From assembly GCA_942490715.1 (NCBI GenBank), contig CALNYP010000047.1:4744-68743 (forward strand): a stretch of DNA of 64,000 nucleotides, written 5' to 3'. Numbering within the stretch: position 1 is the first letter of the stretch; each line of letters opens with the position of its first letter. Positions 7,663-15,961 of this stretch are shown piece after piece. The DNA comes from an uncultured bacterium (lineage in GTDB: Bacteria; Acidobacteriota; Polarisedimenticolia; Polarisedimenticolales; Polarisedimenticolaceae). The notes beneath the pieces were generated by a model. It worked only from the letters and a program-made list of their open reading frames with translations. It searched no databases and was not told the origin of the DNA. Both the position numbers and the translations under genes were made by a program.

Positions 7663-9249
7663 TTGCCCCTGGCGTTACACCCCTTTTACCGGCTCGGCTC
7701 CCACGGCGAAGTATGCTGGTTGGACGTGGCCCGAACCTCCTCCATCGCCCGCGACCTGCACCGGCGGCGGTTACTCAAACAGCTCGCCGGCGGAGTCGTC
7801 GTCGCCACCGCCGGCTCGCTGCTGCCGGTCCGGGCGCTCCGCGCTACCGGGACATCGCCGACTGCCAGCGTCGTGCGGCCGGGAAAAGTTCTCGAGCTGG
7901 CGGAGTTGCTCCGGACCACACCCCGGGAGCGGGTCTTCGCCGTGGCGGCCGCGCAGGTGCGCAGCGGCGCGACCTATCGCGAACTGCTGGGAGGCACGCT
8001 GCTCGCCGGGATCCAGGACGTCAAGCCGCGCCCCGCGGGGACGAAGTTTCACGTCGTCCTCGTCGTCGCGTCGTCGCTGGAATTGACCGAGGCCTCGCCG
8101 GCGGAGGATCGGTTCGTCCCGGCGTTCTTCAACATCCACACCCTGAAGAACTCCCAGGAGCGCGATATCCAGGAGGGTGACTGGTTCCTGCCCGCCGCGC
8201 CGGAAACCCGCATCGACAGCCCGGAGCAGGCGCGACGGGCGCTGACCTTCGCCCTGGAGGACTGGGACGAACTGGCCGCCGACCGGGCGGCGACCGCCGC
8301 GGCCCGGCTGCTCGAACGGGACGAGCTGTTCGAGTTGCTCTGGCCCTACGGCGCCCGCTGCTACCGCAACATCGGTCACAAGATGATCCACACGTCGCAG
8401 ATCTATCGCGGACTGGCGATGCTCGACGGGCACCATCGAGAACCGGTCGTGCGCTCGCTGGTCTACAGCCTGCTCTGGGGCGGCCCCGGCGAGACGACCG
8501 AGAGTTACGAAGTTTGCCGGCAGCGGCTCGACGAGCTGCCCGCGGACTGGCAAGGCGGACGGCGGGACGCCGATGTGGCGATCGACTGGATGCGACGGCT
8601 ACGTACGCTGAACCGGGCCCAGGCACTCGACCTGGCGCTGGAACAGCTCCGCTCGGGCATCTCGCCGGACTCGATCTGGGACGGCATGCGCCTGGCCGGA
8701 TCGGAGATCCTGTTCCGCTTGCGGCAATCCGATGTGCGCAACGCCCAGCTCCTCGGCGTGCATCCGCTGACGACACTCAACGCGTTCCACTTCGCCTACA
8801 CCCGGACCGACGACGAACGGACGCGACGTCTGCTGCTACTCCAGGCGGTGGCCTGGATGCCGGCGTTCCGGGATGACCTGAAGCGGTTGAAGGATCTGTC
8901 GATGGAGGCGCCCGGGTTCGACCGCCTCGCAGCGCCCGGGGATCCCGTCGATCTACAGCAGGCGGTCCGGGCCGCCGACGGCGACTATGTCGATGCGGCG
9001 TCCCAGGTTCTGCGCGCGACGGAACAGCGGGGGCAGGGCGATCGGTACGTCGACGTTTGCCGGGATCTGGTGCTGCGCAAGTCCCTCGAGCACCACAATC
9101 ACAAGTACGCGGTCGCCGCCTTCGAGGAGTACCGCAAGGCCGATCCGGCGATCGCTCCCTACCTGCTGGCGACCTGCCTGTCGTATCTTCCGACGCCCGA
9201 CGCCGACGAGTCGCCGATCTACCGGGCGACCCGCGAGGCGCTGCAGTAG
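7663..9249 (+). CDS. Uncharacterized protein with Tat-like signal (paralog A of 44009..45586)
   Basis: 528-aa ORF with a twin-arginine region HRRRLLKQLAGGVVVATAG. Shares conserved blocks with the 44009 protein (LW.YGAR....GH..I; LH..T..NA; LQAV.W; HH..K..VA.FE). The exact start is uncertain. Confidence 0.7.
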   Translation: MPLALHPFYRLGSHGEVCWLDVARTSSIARDLHRRRLLKQLAGGVVVATAGSLLPVRALRATGTSPTASVVRPGKVLELAELLRTTPRERVFAVAAAQVRSGATYRELLGGTLLAGIQDVKPRPAGTKFHVVLVVASSLELTEASPAEDRFVPAFFNIHTLKNSQERDIQEGDWFLPAAPETRIDSPEQARRALTFALEDWDELAADRAATAAARLLERDELFELLWPYGARCYRNIGHKMIHTSQIYRGLAMLDGHHREPVVRSLVYSLLWGGPGETTESYEVCRQRLDELPADWQGGRRDADVAIDWMRRLRTLNRAQALDLALEQLRSGISPDSIWDGMRLAGSEILFRLRQSDVRNAQLLGVHPLTTLNAFHFAYTRTDDERTRRLLLLQAVAWMPAFRDDLKRLKDLSMEAPGFDRLAAPGDPVDLQQAVRAADGDYVDAASQVLRATEQRGQGDRYVDVCRDLVLRKSLEHHNHKYAVAAFEEYRKADPAIAPYLLATCLSYLPTPDADESPIYRATREALQ

Positions 9250-9264
9250 GCGTACAATCCCGCC

Positions 9265-10554
9265 GTGACACCTCGGGACTCACCCAGCAATCCGACGACC
9301 GGGCGACTCGCCCGCTTCCAGGCCGCCTTCGGACCGGGTCTACTCTGGGCCGCGGCGGCGGTCGGCGTCTCCCACCTGGTGCAGTCGACCCGCGCCGGCG
9401 CGATCGCCGGGCTCGGACTGGTCGGCGTGGTCATCGGCGCCCTGATCCTCAAGTACCCGTTCTTCGAGTTCGGGCCGCGCTACGCGGCGGCGACCGGCGA
9501 GAGCTTGCTCGAGGGCTACGGGCGGATCGGCCGCTGGGCGCTCTGGCTCTACTTCGGCATCACCCTCGGCACCGCGGTGATCGTCCAGTCGGTGATCGTC
9601 CTGCTGACCGCCTTTCTGGCCAACTACGCTCTCGGTCTGAGCTGGCCGGTACCGCTGACCGCGGCGGTGACGATGGCGGCGGTGGCGGCGATCCTGGCCG
9701 TCGGCCGCTACCGGGCGCTGGACGGGACGATCAAGCTGTTGATGGCGCTGCTGGCGCTCTCGACGCTGACGGCGGCGGTGGTGGTGGCTCCTCGACTGGA
9801 CTTCGGCTCGTTGCGGCTGTTCAGCGCCCCGCCGGCCGACATCGCTCCGTTTGCCTTCGTGCTGGCTCTGGTCGGCTGGATGCCTTCGGCGATCGACATC
9901 TCGGTCTGGAGTTCGCTGTGGACGCTGGCCAAGGCCGAGGGACGACCGGCCCGGCCCTCGGTCGAGGAAGTCGGACTGGATTTCCGCATCGGCTACTTCG
10001 GCACCTCGATCCTGGCCCTGGCCTTCGTCTCCCTCGGCGCCGGCGTGATGTTCACCTCGGGGCGCACCTTCAGCCCGTCGGGTGCGTCGTTCTCCACCGA
10101 GCTGGTCGAGCTGTACACCGAGACCCTCGGCGGCTGGACGCGGCCGATCGTCCTCGTCGCCGTGGTGACGACGATGCTGTCGACGGCGCTGACCGTCATC
10201 GACGGCTTTCCCCGGGCGATCGAACGGGCGATCCACAACCTCGGTCCTTCCCGGGACGCACCGGCGCCGGTCGGCCGGCGCCCCTACTGGATCTCGATCG
10301 CGGTGCTGTTCGTGGCGACAGAGGTCGTCCTGCTGCGCTTCCTGGGGAACCTGACGACGCTGGTCGACTTCGCCACGATCGTCTCGTTCCTCACCGCACC
10401 GGTGCTGGGCTACCTCAACCTGCGGGTGGTCACCGGAGAGCAGATGCCGGTCGAGCATCGACCGGGTCCGGCGCTGCGTGGACTCTCCTGGCTGGGGTTG
10501 CTGGCGCTGGGCGGAATCGGGCTGGTCTTCGTCTTCACGGTCTTCACGCGCTAG
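9265..10554 (+). CDS. NRAMP-family divalent metal cation transporter
   Basis: 429-aa polytopic protein. N-terminal block FGPGLLWAAAAVGVSHLVQSTRAGA resembles the NRAMP consensus region. Confidence 0.8.
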   Translation: MTPRDSPSNPTTGRLARFQAAFGPGLLWAAAAVGVSHLVQSTRAGAIAGLGLVGVVIGALILKYPFFEFGPRYAAATGESLLEGYGRIGRWALWLYFGITLGTAVIVQSVIVLLTAFLANYALGLSWPVPLTAAVTMAAVAAILAVGRYRALDGTIKLLMALLALSTLTAAVVVAPRLDFGSLRLFSAPPADIAPFAFVLALVGWMPSAIDISVWSSLWTLAKAEGRPARPSVEEVGLDFRIGYFGTSILALAFVSLGAGVMFTSGRTFSPSGASFSTELVELYTETLGGWTRPIVLVAVVTTMLSTALTVIDGFPRAIERAIHNLGPSRDAPAPVGRRPYWISIAVLFVATEVVLLRFLGNLTTLVDFATIVSFLTAPVLGYLNLRVVTGEQMPVEHRPGPALRGLSWLGLLALGGIGLVFVFTVFTR

Positions 10555-11698
10555 CTGCGCCGAGGTCGAAGTGCCGGGCCAGGCCGTCGGCCACGGCGAG
10601 GCCCTCCAGGGTCGGGACGATCCGGTCGCCCTCGACCTCGATTTGCCCCTGGCTCGTGAGGGTCTCGAGCAACGGCCCGTTGGACGCGAGCAGATCGATC
10701 CCCCAGCGCGACCGGACTGCCGCCGTGTCGACACCGGCATAGGTTCGCAGGCCGGTCATCAACGCCTCGAGCACCAGATCCTCGGCGGCGAGGGTCTCGC
10801 GCTCCTCGATCGCCGACTCCCCCGCCGCCACCCGTTCCTGCCAGGGGTCGGTGCGGCGCAGGTTCCACCAGCGGGCGTCGTCCCGGTAGGAGTGGGCCGA
10901 GGGGCCGAGGCCGAGGTAGGGCGTGTGGGCCCAGTACTTCATGTTGTGCCGGGAGCGATGCCGCGGCTCCCGGGCGAACTGCGACACCTCGTACCCCGCC
11001 AGGCCCTGGGCCGCCAGCTCGTCGTGGGTCACCCGGAAGAACCGGCCCTGCTCCTCGTCGGGCAGCTCGGTCAACTTGCCGCGATCGCGCAACAGCGAGA
11101 AGCGCGTCCTGTCGTAGACCGTCAACTGATAACAGGAGATGTGCTGGACCGGCGCCGCGGCACCGAGGGCCAGCTGCCGGCGCCAGTGCGCCAGCTCCTG
11201 ACCCGGCAGGCCGTAGATCAGATCGATCGACAGCGTGTCGAAGCCGACCGCCGCCGCCTGCTCGATCGCCCTCCGGCCGGCGCGGCCGTCGTGGCGCCGG
11301 CCCAGGAAGGCCAGCGCATCATCGTCAAAGGTCTGGATGCCGAGGCTGAGCGTCGCCACACCCAGGTCACGCCATTCCTGGAGTCGCCCCGGATGCACAT
11401 CTTCCGGATTGGCCTCCAGGAACAGCCGGGTATCGGCAGCGACGTCGAAGTGCGTCCGGATGGCGGTGAGAATCCGCTCCAGATCGCCGGGCTCGAGGAG
11501 CGACGGCGTGCCGCCACCGAAGTAGATCGTGTCGAAGCGCCAGTCGTCCCCGGCCTGCTGCTCGATCTCCAGCAACAGGTGGTCGACGTAGCGCCGACGA
11601 CGAGCGGCGTCGCCGGTGCGCACGGCGAAGTCGCAGTAGGGGCAGACGCGGGAGCAGAACGGAACGTGGAGGTAGAGGCCGGCGGGCGCCTGGCTCAA
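10544..11698 (-). CDS. hemW: Radical SAM family heme chaperone HemW (oxygen-independent coproporphyrinogen oxidase-like)
   Basis: 384 aa. LYLHVPFCSRVCPYCDF carries the CxxxCxxC radical-SAM cluster motif, and an HemN_C-like C-terminus follows. There is a 4-nt overlap with lepA upstream, the conserved lepA-hemW order. Confidence 0.85.
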   Translation of the reverse strand: MSQAPAGLYLHVPFCSRVCPYCDFAVRTGDAARRRRYVDHLLLEIEQQAGDDWRFDTIYFGGGTPSLLEPGDLERILTAIRTHFDVAADTRLFLEANPEDVHPGRLQEWRDLGVATLSLGIQTFDDDALAFLGRRHDGRAGRRAIEQAAAVGFDTLSIDLIYGLPGQELAHWRRQLALGAAAPVQHISCYQLTVYDRTRFSLLRDRGKLTELPDEEQGRFFRVTHDELAAQGLAGYEVSQFAREPRHRSRHNMKYWAHTPYLGLGPSAHSYRDDARWWNLRRTDPWQERVAAGESAIEERETLAAEDLVLEALMTGLRTYAGVDTAAVRSRWGIDLLASNGPLLETLTSQGQIEVEGDRIVPTLEGLAVADGLARHFDLGAASA

Positions 11699-13491
11699 GA
11701 GCGATCCGTCTTCAGCACGGCGACGAAGGCGGACTGGGGAATGTCGACGGCGCCGACCGTCTTCATCCGCTTCTTGCCTTCCTTCTGCTTGTCCAGCAGC
11801 TTGCGCTTGCGGCTGATGTCACCGCCGTAGCACTTGGCGGTGACGTCCTTGCGCAGGGCGCTGATGTTGGTGCGGGCGATGATGCTCCCGCCGATCGCGC
11901 CCTGGATCGCGATCTTGAACTGCTGCTTGGGGATCGTGTCGGCGAGCCGCTCGCAGTAGTGCATGGCGCGGCTGCGCGCCTTGTCCCGGTGGGTCAGCTG
12001 GGACAGCGCGTCGACCTGTTCGGCGTTGACGAGGATGTCGACCTTGACCAGATCGGTCGGACGGTAGTCCAGCACCTCGTAGTCGAACGAGCCGTAGCCC
12101 TGGGTCAGCGACTTCAACCGGTCGTAGAAATCGAACAGCACCTCGGCCAGCGGCAGCTCCGCCGTGACCTCGACGCGACCCTGAGCCAGGTAGTTGATCT
12201 GGGCGTTGAGCCCCCGCCGGTCGAGGCAGAGCTCCATCACGCCGCCGATGTACCGCTCGGGGATCAGCACCGAGGCCTTGATGTAGGGCTCCTCGGTCGA
12301 GGCGATCGTGCTCGGATCGGGGTAGTAGGTCGGGTTGTCGACCCAGGTCTCCTCGCCGTTCTCCAGCATCACCTTGTAGCGCACCGATGGCGCCGAGAGC
12401 AGCAGCGACAGGTCGTACTCGCGTTCGAGCCGCTCCTGGACGACCTCGAGGTGCAACAGCCCCAGGAAGCCGCAGCGGAAGCCGTGGCCCAGCGCCGCCG
12501 ACGAGTCCTTCTCGAACGTCAGCGACGCGTCGTTGAGCACGAGCTTGTCCAGCGCCTTGACCAGCTCCTGGTAATCGTCGGTCGACATCGGATAGATCGA
12601 CGAGAAGACGACCGACTTGGCCACGGTGTAGCCGGGCAACGGAGCCTCGGCCCGGGCCGCCGAGTCGGTGATCGTGTCGCCGACGGCCACGTCCCGCACC
12701 GCCTTGATCCCGGCCAGCACGTAGCCCACGTCGCCGGCGACGAGCTGCTTCGTCGGGAAGCGGCTCAGCCGCAGCTGTCCGACCTCCTCGACGTTGTGCT
12801 CCTTGCCGGTGTTCATCAAGCGCAGCTTCATCCCGGCGCGCAGCCGTCCCTGCTTGACCCGGACCATCAACACCACGCCGCGGTAGGCGTCGTACTGGGC
12901 GTCGAACAGCAACGCCTGCAGCCGGGCATCGGGGTCGCCCTGGGGCGGCGGGAGCTTCGTGACGATCGCCTCGAGGACGTCCTCGATGCCAGCGCCGGTC
13001 TTCGCCGAGCAGGGAACCGCGGCGGTGGCGTCGAGTCCGAGGTCGCTATCGATCTCGTCGGAGACCCGGTCGATGTCCGCCGCCGGCAGGTCGATCTTGT
13101 TGATCACCGGCACCATCTCGAGGTCGAACTCGAGGGCCAGGTACATGTTGGCGACGGTCTGGGCCTCGACGCCCTGGGAGGCGTCGATCAGCAGCAACGC
13201 CCCGTCACAGGACATCAGCGACCGGCGCACCTCGTGGGAGAAGTCGACGTGTCCCGGAGTGTCGATCAGGTTGAGCGTGTAGGTCTCACCGTCGCGGGCC
13301 TTGTAGTCCAGGGTGACGGTGTTGCTCTTGATCGTGATCCCGCGCTCGCGCTCGATGTCCATCGAGTCCAGCAGCTGATCGCGGAATTTGCGGGCGTCGA
13401 CGCCGCCACAGTGCTGGATCAACCGGTCGGCGAGGGTCGACTTGCCGTGGTCGATGTGGGCGATGATGCAGAAGTTGCGGGTCCTGTCCAC
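11695..13491 (-). CDS. lepA: Translation elongation factor 4 (LepA)
   Basis: 598 aa with GTPase motifs AHIDHGKST, DTPGH and NKID. LepA-specific C-terminal domain (...YGGDISRKRKLLDKQKEGKKRMK). Confidence 0.97.
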   Translation of the reverse strand: MDRTRNFCIIAHIDHGKSTLADRLIQHCGGVDARKFRDQLLDSMDIERERGITIKSNTVTLDYKARDGETYTLNLIDTPGHVDFSHEVRRSLMSCDGALLLIDASQGVEAQTVANMYLALEFDLEMVPVINKIDLPAADIDRVSDEIDSDLGLDATAAVPCSAKTGAGIEDVLEAIVTKLPPPQGDPDARLQALLFDAQYDAYRGVVLMVRVKQGRLRAGMKLRLMNTGKEHNVEEVGQLRLSRFPTKQLVAGDVGYVLAGIKAVRDVAVGDTITDSAARAEAPLPGYTVAKSVVFSSIYPMSTDDYQELVKALDKLVLNDASLTFEKDSSAALGHGFRCGFLGLLHLEVVQERLEREYDLSLLLSAPSVRYKVMLENGEETWVDNPTYYPDPSTIASTEEPYIKASVLIPERYIGGVMELCLDRRGLNAQINYLAQGRVEVTAELPLAEVLFDFYDRLKSLTQGYGSFDYEVLDYRPTDLVKVDILVNAEQVDALSQLTHRDKARSRAMHYCERLADTIPKQQFKIAIQGAIGGSIIARTNISALRKDVTAKCYGGDISRKRKLLDKQKEGKKRMKTVGAVDIPQSAFVAVLKTDRS

Positions 13492-13548
13492 GGGGTTCCT
13501 CGGGTCGCGCGAGAGCGGCGAATCCCCGTGGAATCTAGCACGAGCCCA

Positions 13549-14022
13549 TCAGTTCTGCAGGCCGGCGGGCCACTGGGCGAACTGGCCGTCGAAGATGACG
13601 ATATCGGCGTTGACGCTGTGGGTCTCGCCCCCTTCGCCGTCGTTCCCGTCGTCGAGACCGTCCTTGCCCAGCGACCAGAGGATGTATTCGGCGGCGTCCG
13701 CGGCCGGATCCAGCCTGGCGTAGAGCATCGCGTTGCCCCAGGCGTCCTCGGTGGCCACCGTGTGGATGTAGGTCGGCGTCAACTCGTCGATCAACGGCTC
13801 GGTCGTGCCGGTCGAGTCCGGATAGTTGCCGTGGTCGACGGCGTAGGCCTGGAGAGCGGTGGCGATCGCGCGCAGCTCGGTCATCGTGCGCTTCTGCTTG
13901 CCCCGGTCGAGGGCGGTGAGCAGGTTGGGGATCGTGATCGAGGCCAGGATCGAGATCACCATCACCACGATCATCAGCTCGAGCAGCGTGAATCCGTCGG
14001 CACGATCCAGGCGATATCGCAC
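13549..14022 (-). CDS. GspG-like pseudopilin (prepilin-type N-terminal cleavage/methylation domain)
   Basis: N-terminal G|FTLLELMIVVMVISILA prepilin motif. GspG-like core (LQAYAVDHGNYP, DAWGN, SLGKDG). No other T2SS or pilus genes are nearby. Confidence 0.8.
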   Translation of the reverse strand: MRYRLDRADGFTLLELMIVVMVISILASITIPNLLTALDRGKQKRTMTELRAIATALQAYAVDHGNYPDSTGTTEPLIDELTPTYIHTVATEDAWGNAMLYARLDPAADAAEYILWSLGKDGLDDGNDGEGGETHSVNADIVIFDGQFAQWPAGLQN

Positions 14023-14121
14023 TTCGCGAAACCCTCGCCCCCGTTACCTTCAACTTCGGCCGCAGGGGCGGCGATGTCCAGTGACGGCGAGATCGTGGGG
14101 AATTCCGGGTCAGGCCGGCCG

Positions 14122-15168
14122 TCACCGCTTCAGGCAGCAGCGCTTGTACTTCTCGCCGCTGCCGCAGGGGCACGGCGAATTCCGGCCGATCACCCGGCCA
14201 CCGCCGAGGATCTCCCGGCGAAAGTCGTCGGTCCGGAGGGCCAGGTCCTGGCCGAAGGCCTGGGCCATCATCTTGTAGAGCTCCGGATGTTTCTGCTGCA
14301 TGACCCCCGGCCGCTCGAAGAAGTACTCGCTTGCGACCGCGAAGAACTCGGCGGTGTTCGTCAGCCCGTACTGGTTGATGTCCGACCGTCCGCTGCGCAT
14401 CTCCTCCATCTTGCGCCGCACCAGCTCGATCCAGGGCCCGGAGCTCGCCGCCCCCAGGCCGACGCCGGGCCGGCCGTCGATCGCCCCGTCGGACTTGTCG
14501 ACGAGGTGGGCGAACTCGTGAATTCCGACGTTGCGCTTGTCCCCGGCGTTGCGGAAGCCCTGGATCAGGTCGGGGCGCGAGAGGATCATCAGGCGGTTCA
14601 TCGCCCCGCTGCCGACCATGCCCAGGGTGCTCTCGGCGTGGCCGATCCGGTAGTCCTCGTCGAAACGATCGGGGTAGACCAGCACCTCGGAGATCTGGTC
14701 CCACTCCCACTCCGGGAAACCGAAGATCGGAATCACCGCGCTGGCGCCGACGAGCACGAGGGTCGTCGTGTCCAGTTCGGTCTTGATCCCGGTGATCCGC
14801 TTCTCGCGAACGAACACCTGCAGCTCGGCCCGGAACCGTGCGCGATCCTGCTCATCGAGGGTGCGGTAGAAGGCGACGTCCTTCTGCAGCACCGCCTCCC
14901 ATTCGGCGGGAAACGGCTGGGCCAGGATCGCCGTGCGCCGCCGGATCCGGGCGGTCATCCCGTATTCGATCGCCAGACCGACGGCCGCGGCGAGCAGCAG
15001 CACCAGCCACCAGGCGACGTCGGGGAACAGCAACGCGCCGAGCAGGGCGGCGACGAGCAGCCCGAGCCCCGCAGCGAGCCAGGCGGTGCGCTTCGTGCGA
15101 CGCTCCCAGTGGGTGTAGAGGCCACGGCGATGTGCGGCGGGGCCGCTTGTGTTCGATACTGGATGCAT
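14122..15168 (-). CDS. M90 (MtfA-like) zinc metallopeptidase with N-terminal TM helices and C-terminal SEC-C motif
   Basis: HEFAH zinc motif in an MtfA-like context (GIHEFAHLVD...EFFAVASEYFFE). The C-terminus CPCGSGEKYKRCC is a SEC-C metal-binding motif. Confidence 0.75.
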   Translation of the reverse strand: MHPVSNTSGPAAHRRGLYTHWERRTKRTAWLAAGLGLLVAALLGALLFPDVAWWLVLLLAAAVGLAIEYGMTARIRRRTAILAQPFPAEWEAVLQKDVAFYRTLDEQDRARFRAELQVFVREKRITGIKTELDTTTLVLVGASAVIPIFGFPEWEWDQISEVLVYPDRFDEDYRIGHAESTLGMVGSGAMNRLMILSRPDLIQGFRNAGDKRNVGIHEFAHLVDKSDGAIDGRPGVGLGAASSGPWIELVRRKMEEMRSGRSDINQYGLTNTAEFFAVASEYFFERPGVMQQKHPELYKMMAQAFGQDLALRTDDFRREILGGGRVIGRNSPCPCGSGEKYKRCCLKR

Positions 15169-15955
15169 GAGTCAACCTGGAGTCCGCACCGCCTGCTCGT
15201 TCCTCACGATGCTGCTGCTCGCCGTTGGCCTGACGCCGGCGGCGCCCTCCGGGAAACCCCGGGGCACGCTCACCGAGAACCGCATCATCGAAAGCGAGAT
15301 CCTCGGCTACCGGCTGCAGTACCGAGTCTACCTCCCCCCGGGTGCGATCCAGCACGACGATCTGCCGGTGCTCTACGTCGCCGACGGGCAGTGGTACATC
15401 GAGGGCGGCGATCTCCCGAGGTTGCTGGACCGGATGATCTCCCGGGGCGAGATCCGGCCGGTGGCGGCGGTCTTCGTCGACAACCGCAACCCCGACGACC
15501 TCGCCGAGAACCGTCGCAACCGCCAGTTCTTCTGCAACGAGAAGTACTCGGCGTTCTACCAGCAGGAGTTGATCCCGACGATCGACGAGACCTTCGCAAC
15601 GAGCGCCGAGCGAACGGGCCGGGTGATCCTGGGCATGTCCTTCGGCGGACTCAACGCGGCCTGCTTCGGACTCCAGGCCCACGACTCCTTCGGCGGAATC
15701 GCCATGCAGTCACCGGCGGTCCACCCGGTGCCCGAGCTGCACGATGCCTGGGCCGGCACGGAACGACTACCGCTACGGATCTTTCTCAGTTCGGGGACCG
15801 TCAACGACAACGAGGGCAGCACCCGCCGCCTGCACAAGATCCTGGACGACAAGGGATACGACCTGCACTACGTCGAGGTGGATCAGGGACATGACTGGCG
15901 CAACTGGAAGCCGTTGCTCGACGACATGCTGCGGTTCTTCTTCTCCGCGAGCTGA
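15167..15955 (+). CDS. Secreted alpha/beta-hydrolase, putative esterase family (esterase D / enterochelin esterase-like)
   Basis: Signal peptide present. Nucleophile elbow GMSFGG. Family-typical blocks (LPVLYVADGQ, FVDN...R..E). The start was moved to ATG 15167 (MSQPGVRT...). Confidence 0.7.
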   Translation: MSQPGVRTACSFLTMLLLAVGLTPAAPSGKPRGTLTENRIIESEILGYRLQYRVYLPPGAIQHDDLPVLYVADGQWYIEGGDLPRLLDRMISRGEIRPVAAVFVDNRNPDDLAENRRNRQFFCNEKYSAFYQQELIPTIDETFATSAERTGRVILGMSFGGLNAACFGLQAHDSFGGIAMQSPAVHPVPELHDAWAGTERLPLRIFLSSGTVNDNEGSTRRLHKILDDKGYDLHYVEVDQGHDWRNWKPLLDDMLRFFFSAS

Positions 15956-15961
15956 ACCGCG

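Noticed and set aside
11959-15894. 1311-aa ORF on the plus strand spanning lepA, the pseudopilin, the M90 peptidase and the esterase genes
   Set aside because: It is antisense or off-frame to several genes with clear homology. Its Arg/Gly/Asp/Val/Pro-rich composition has no motifs, the typical stop-codon-poor shadow frame of high-GC DNA.
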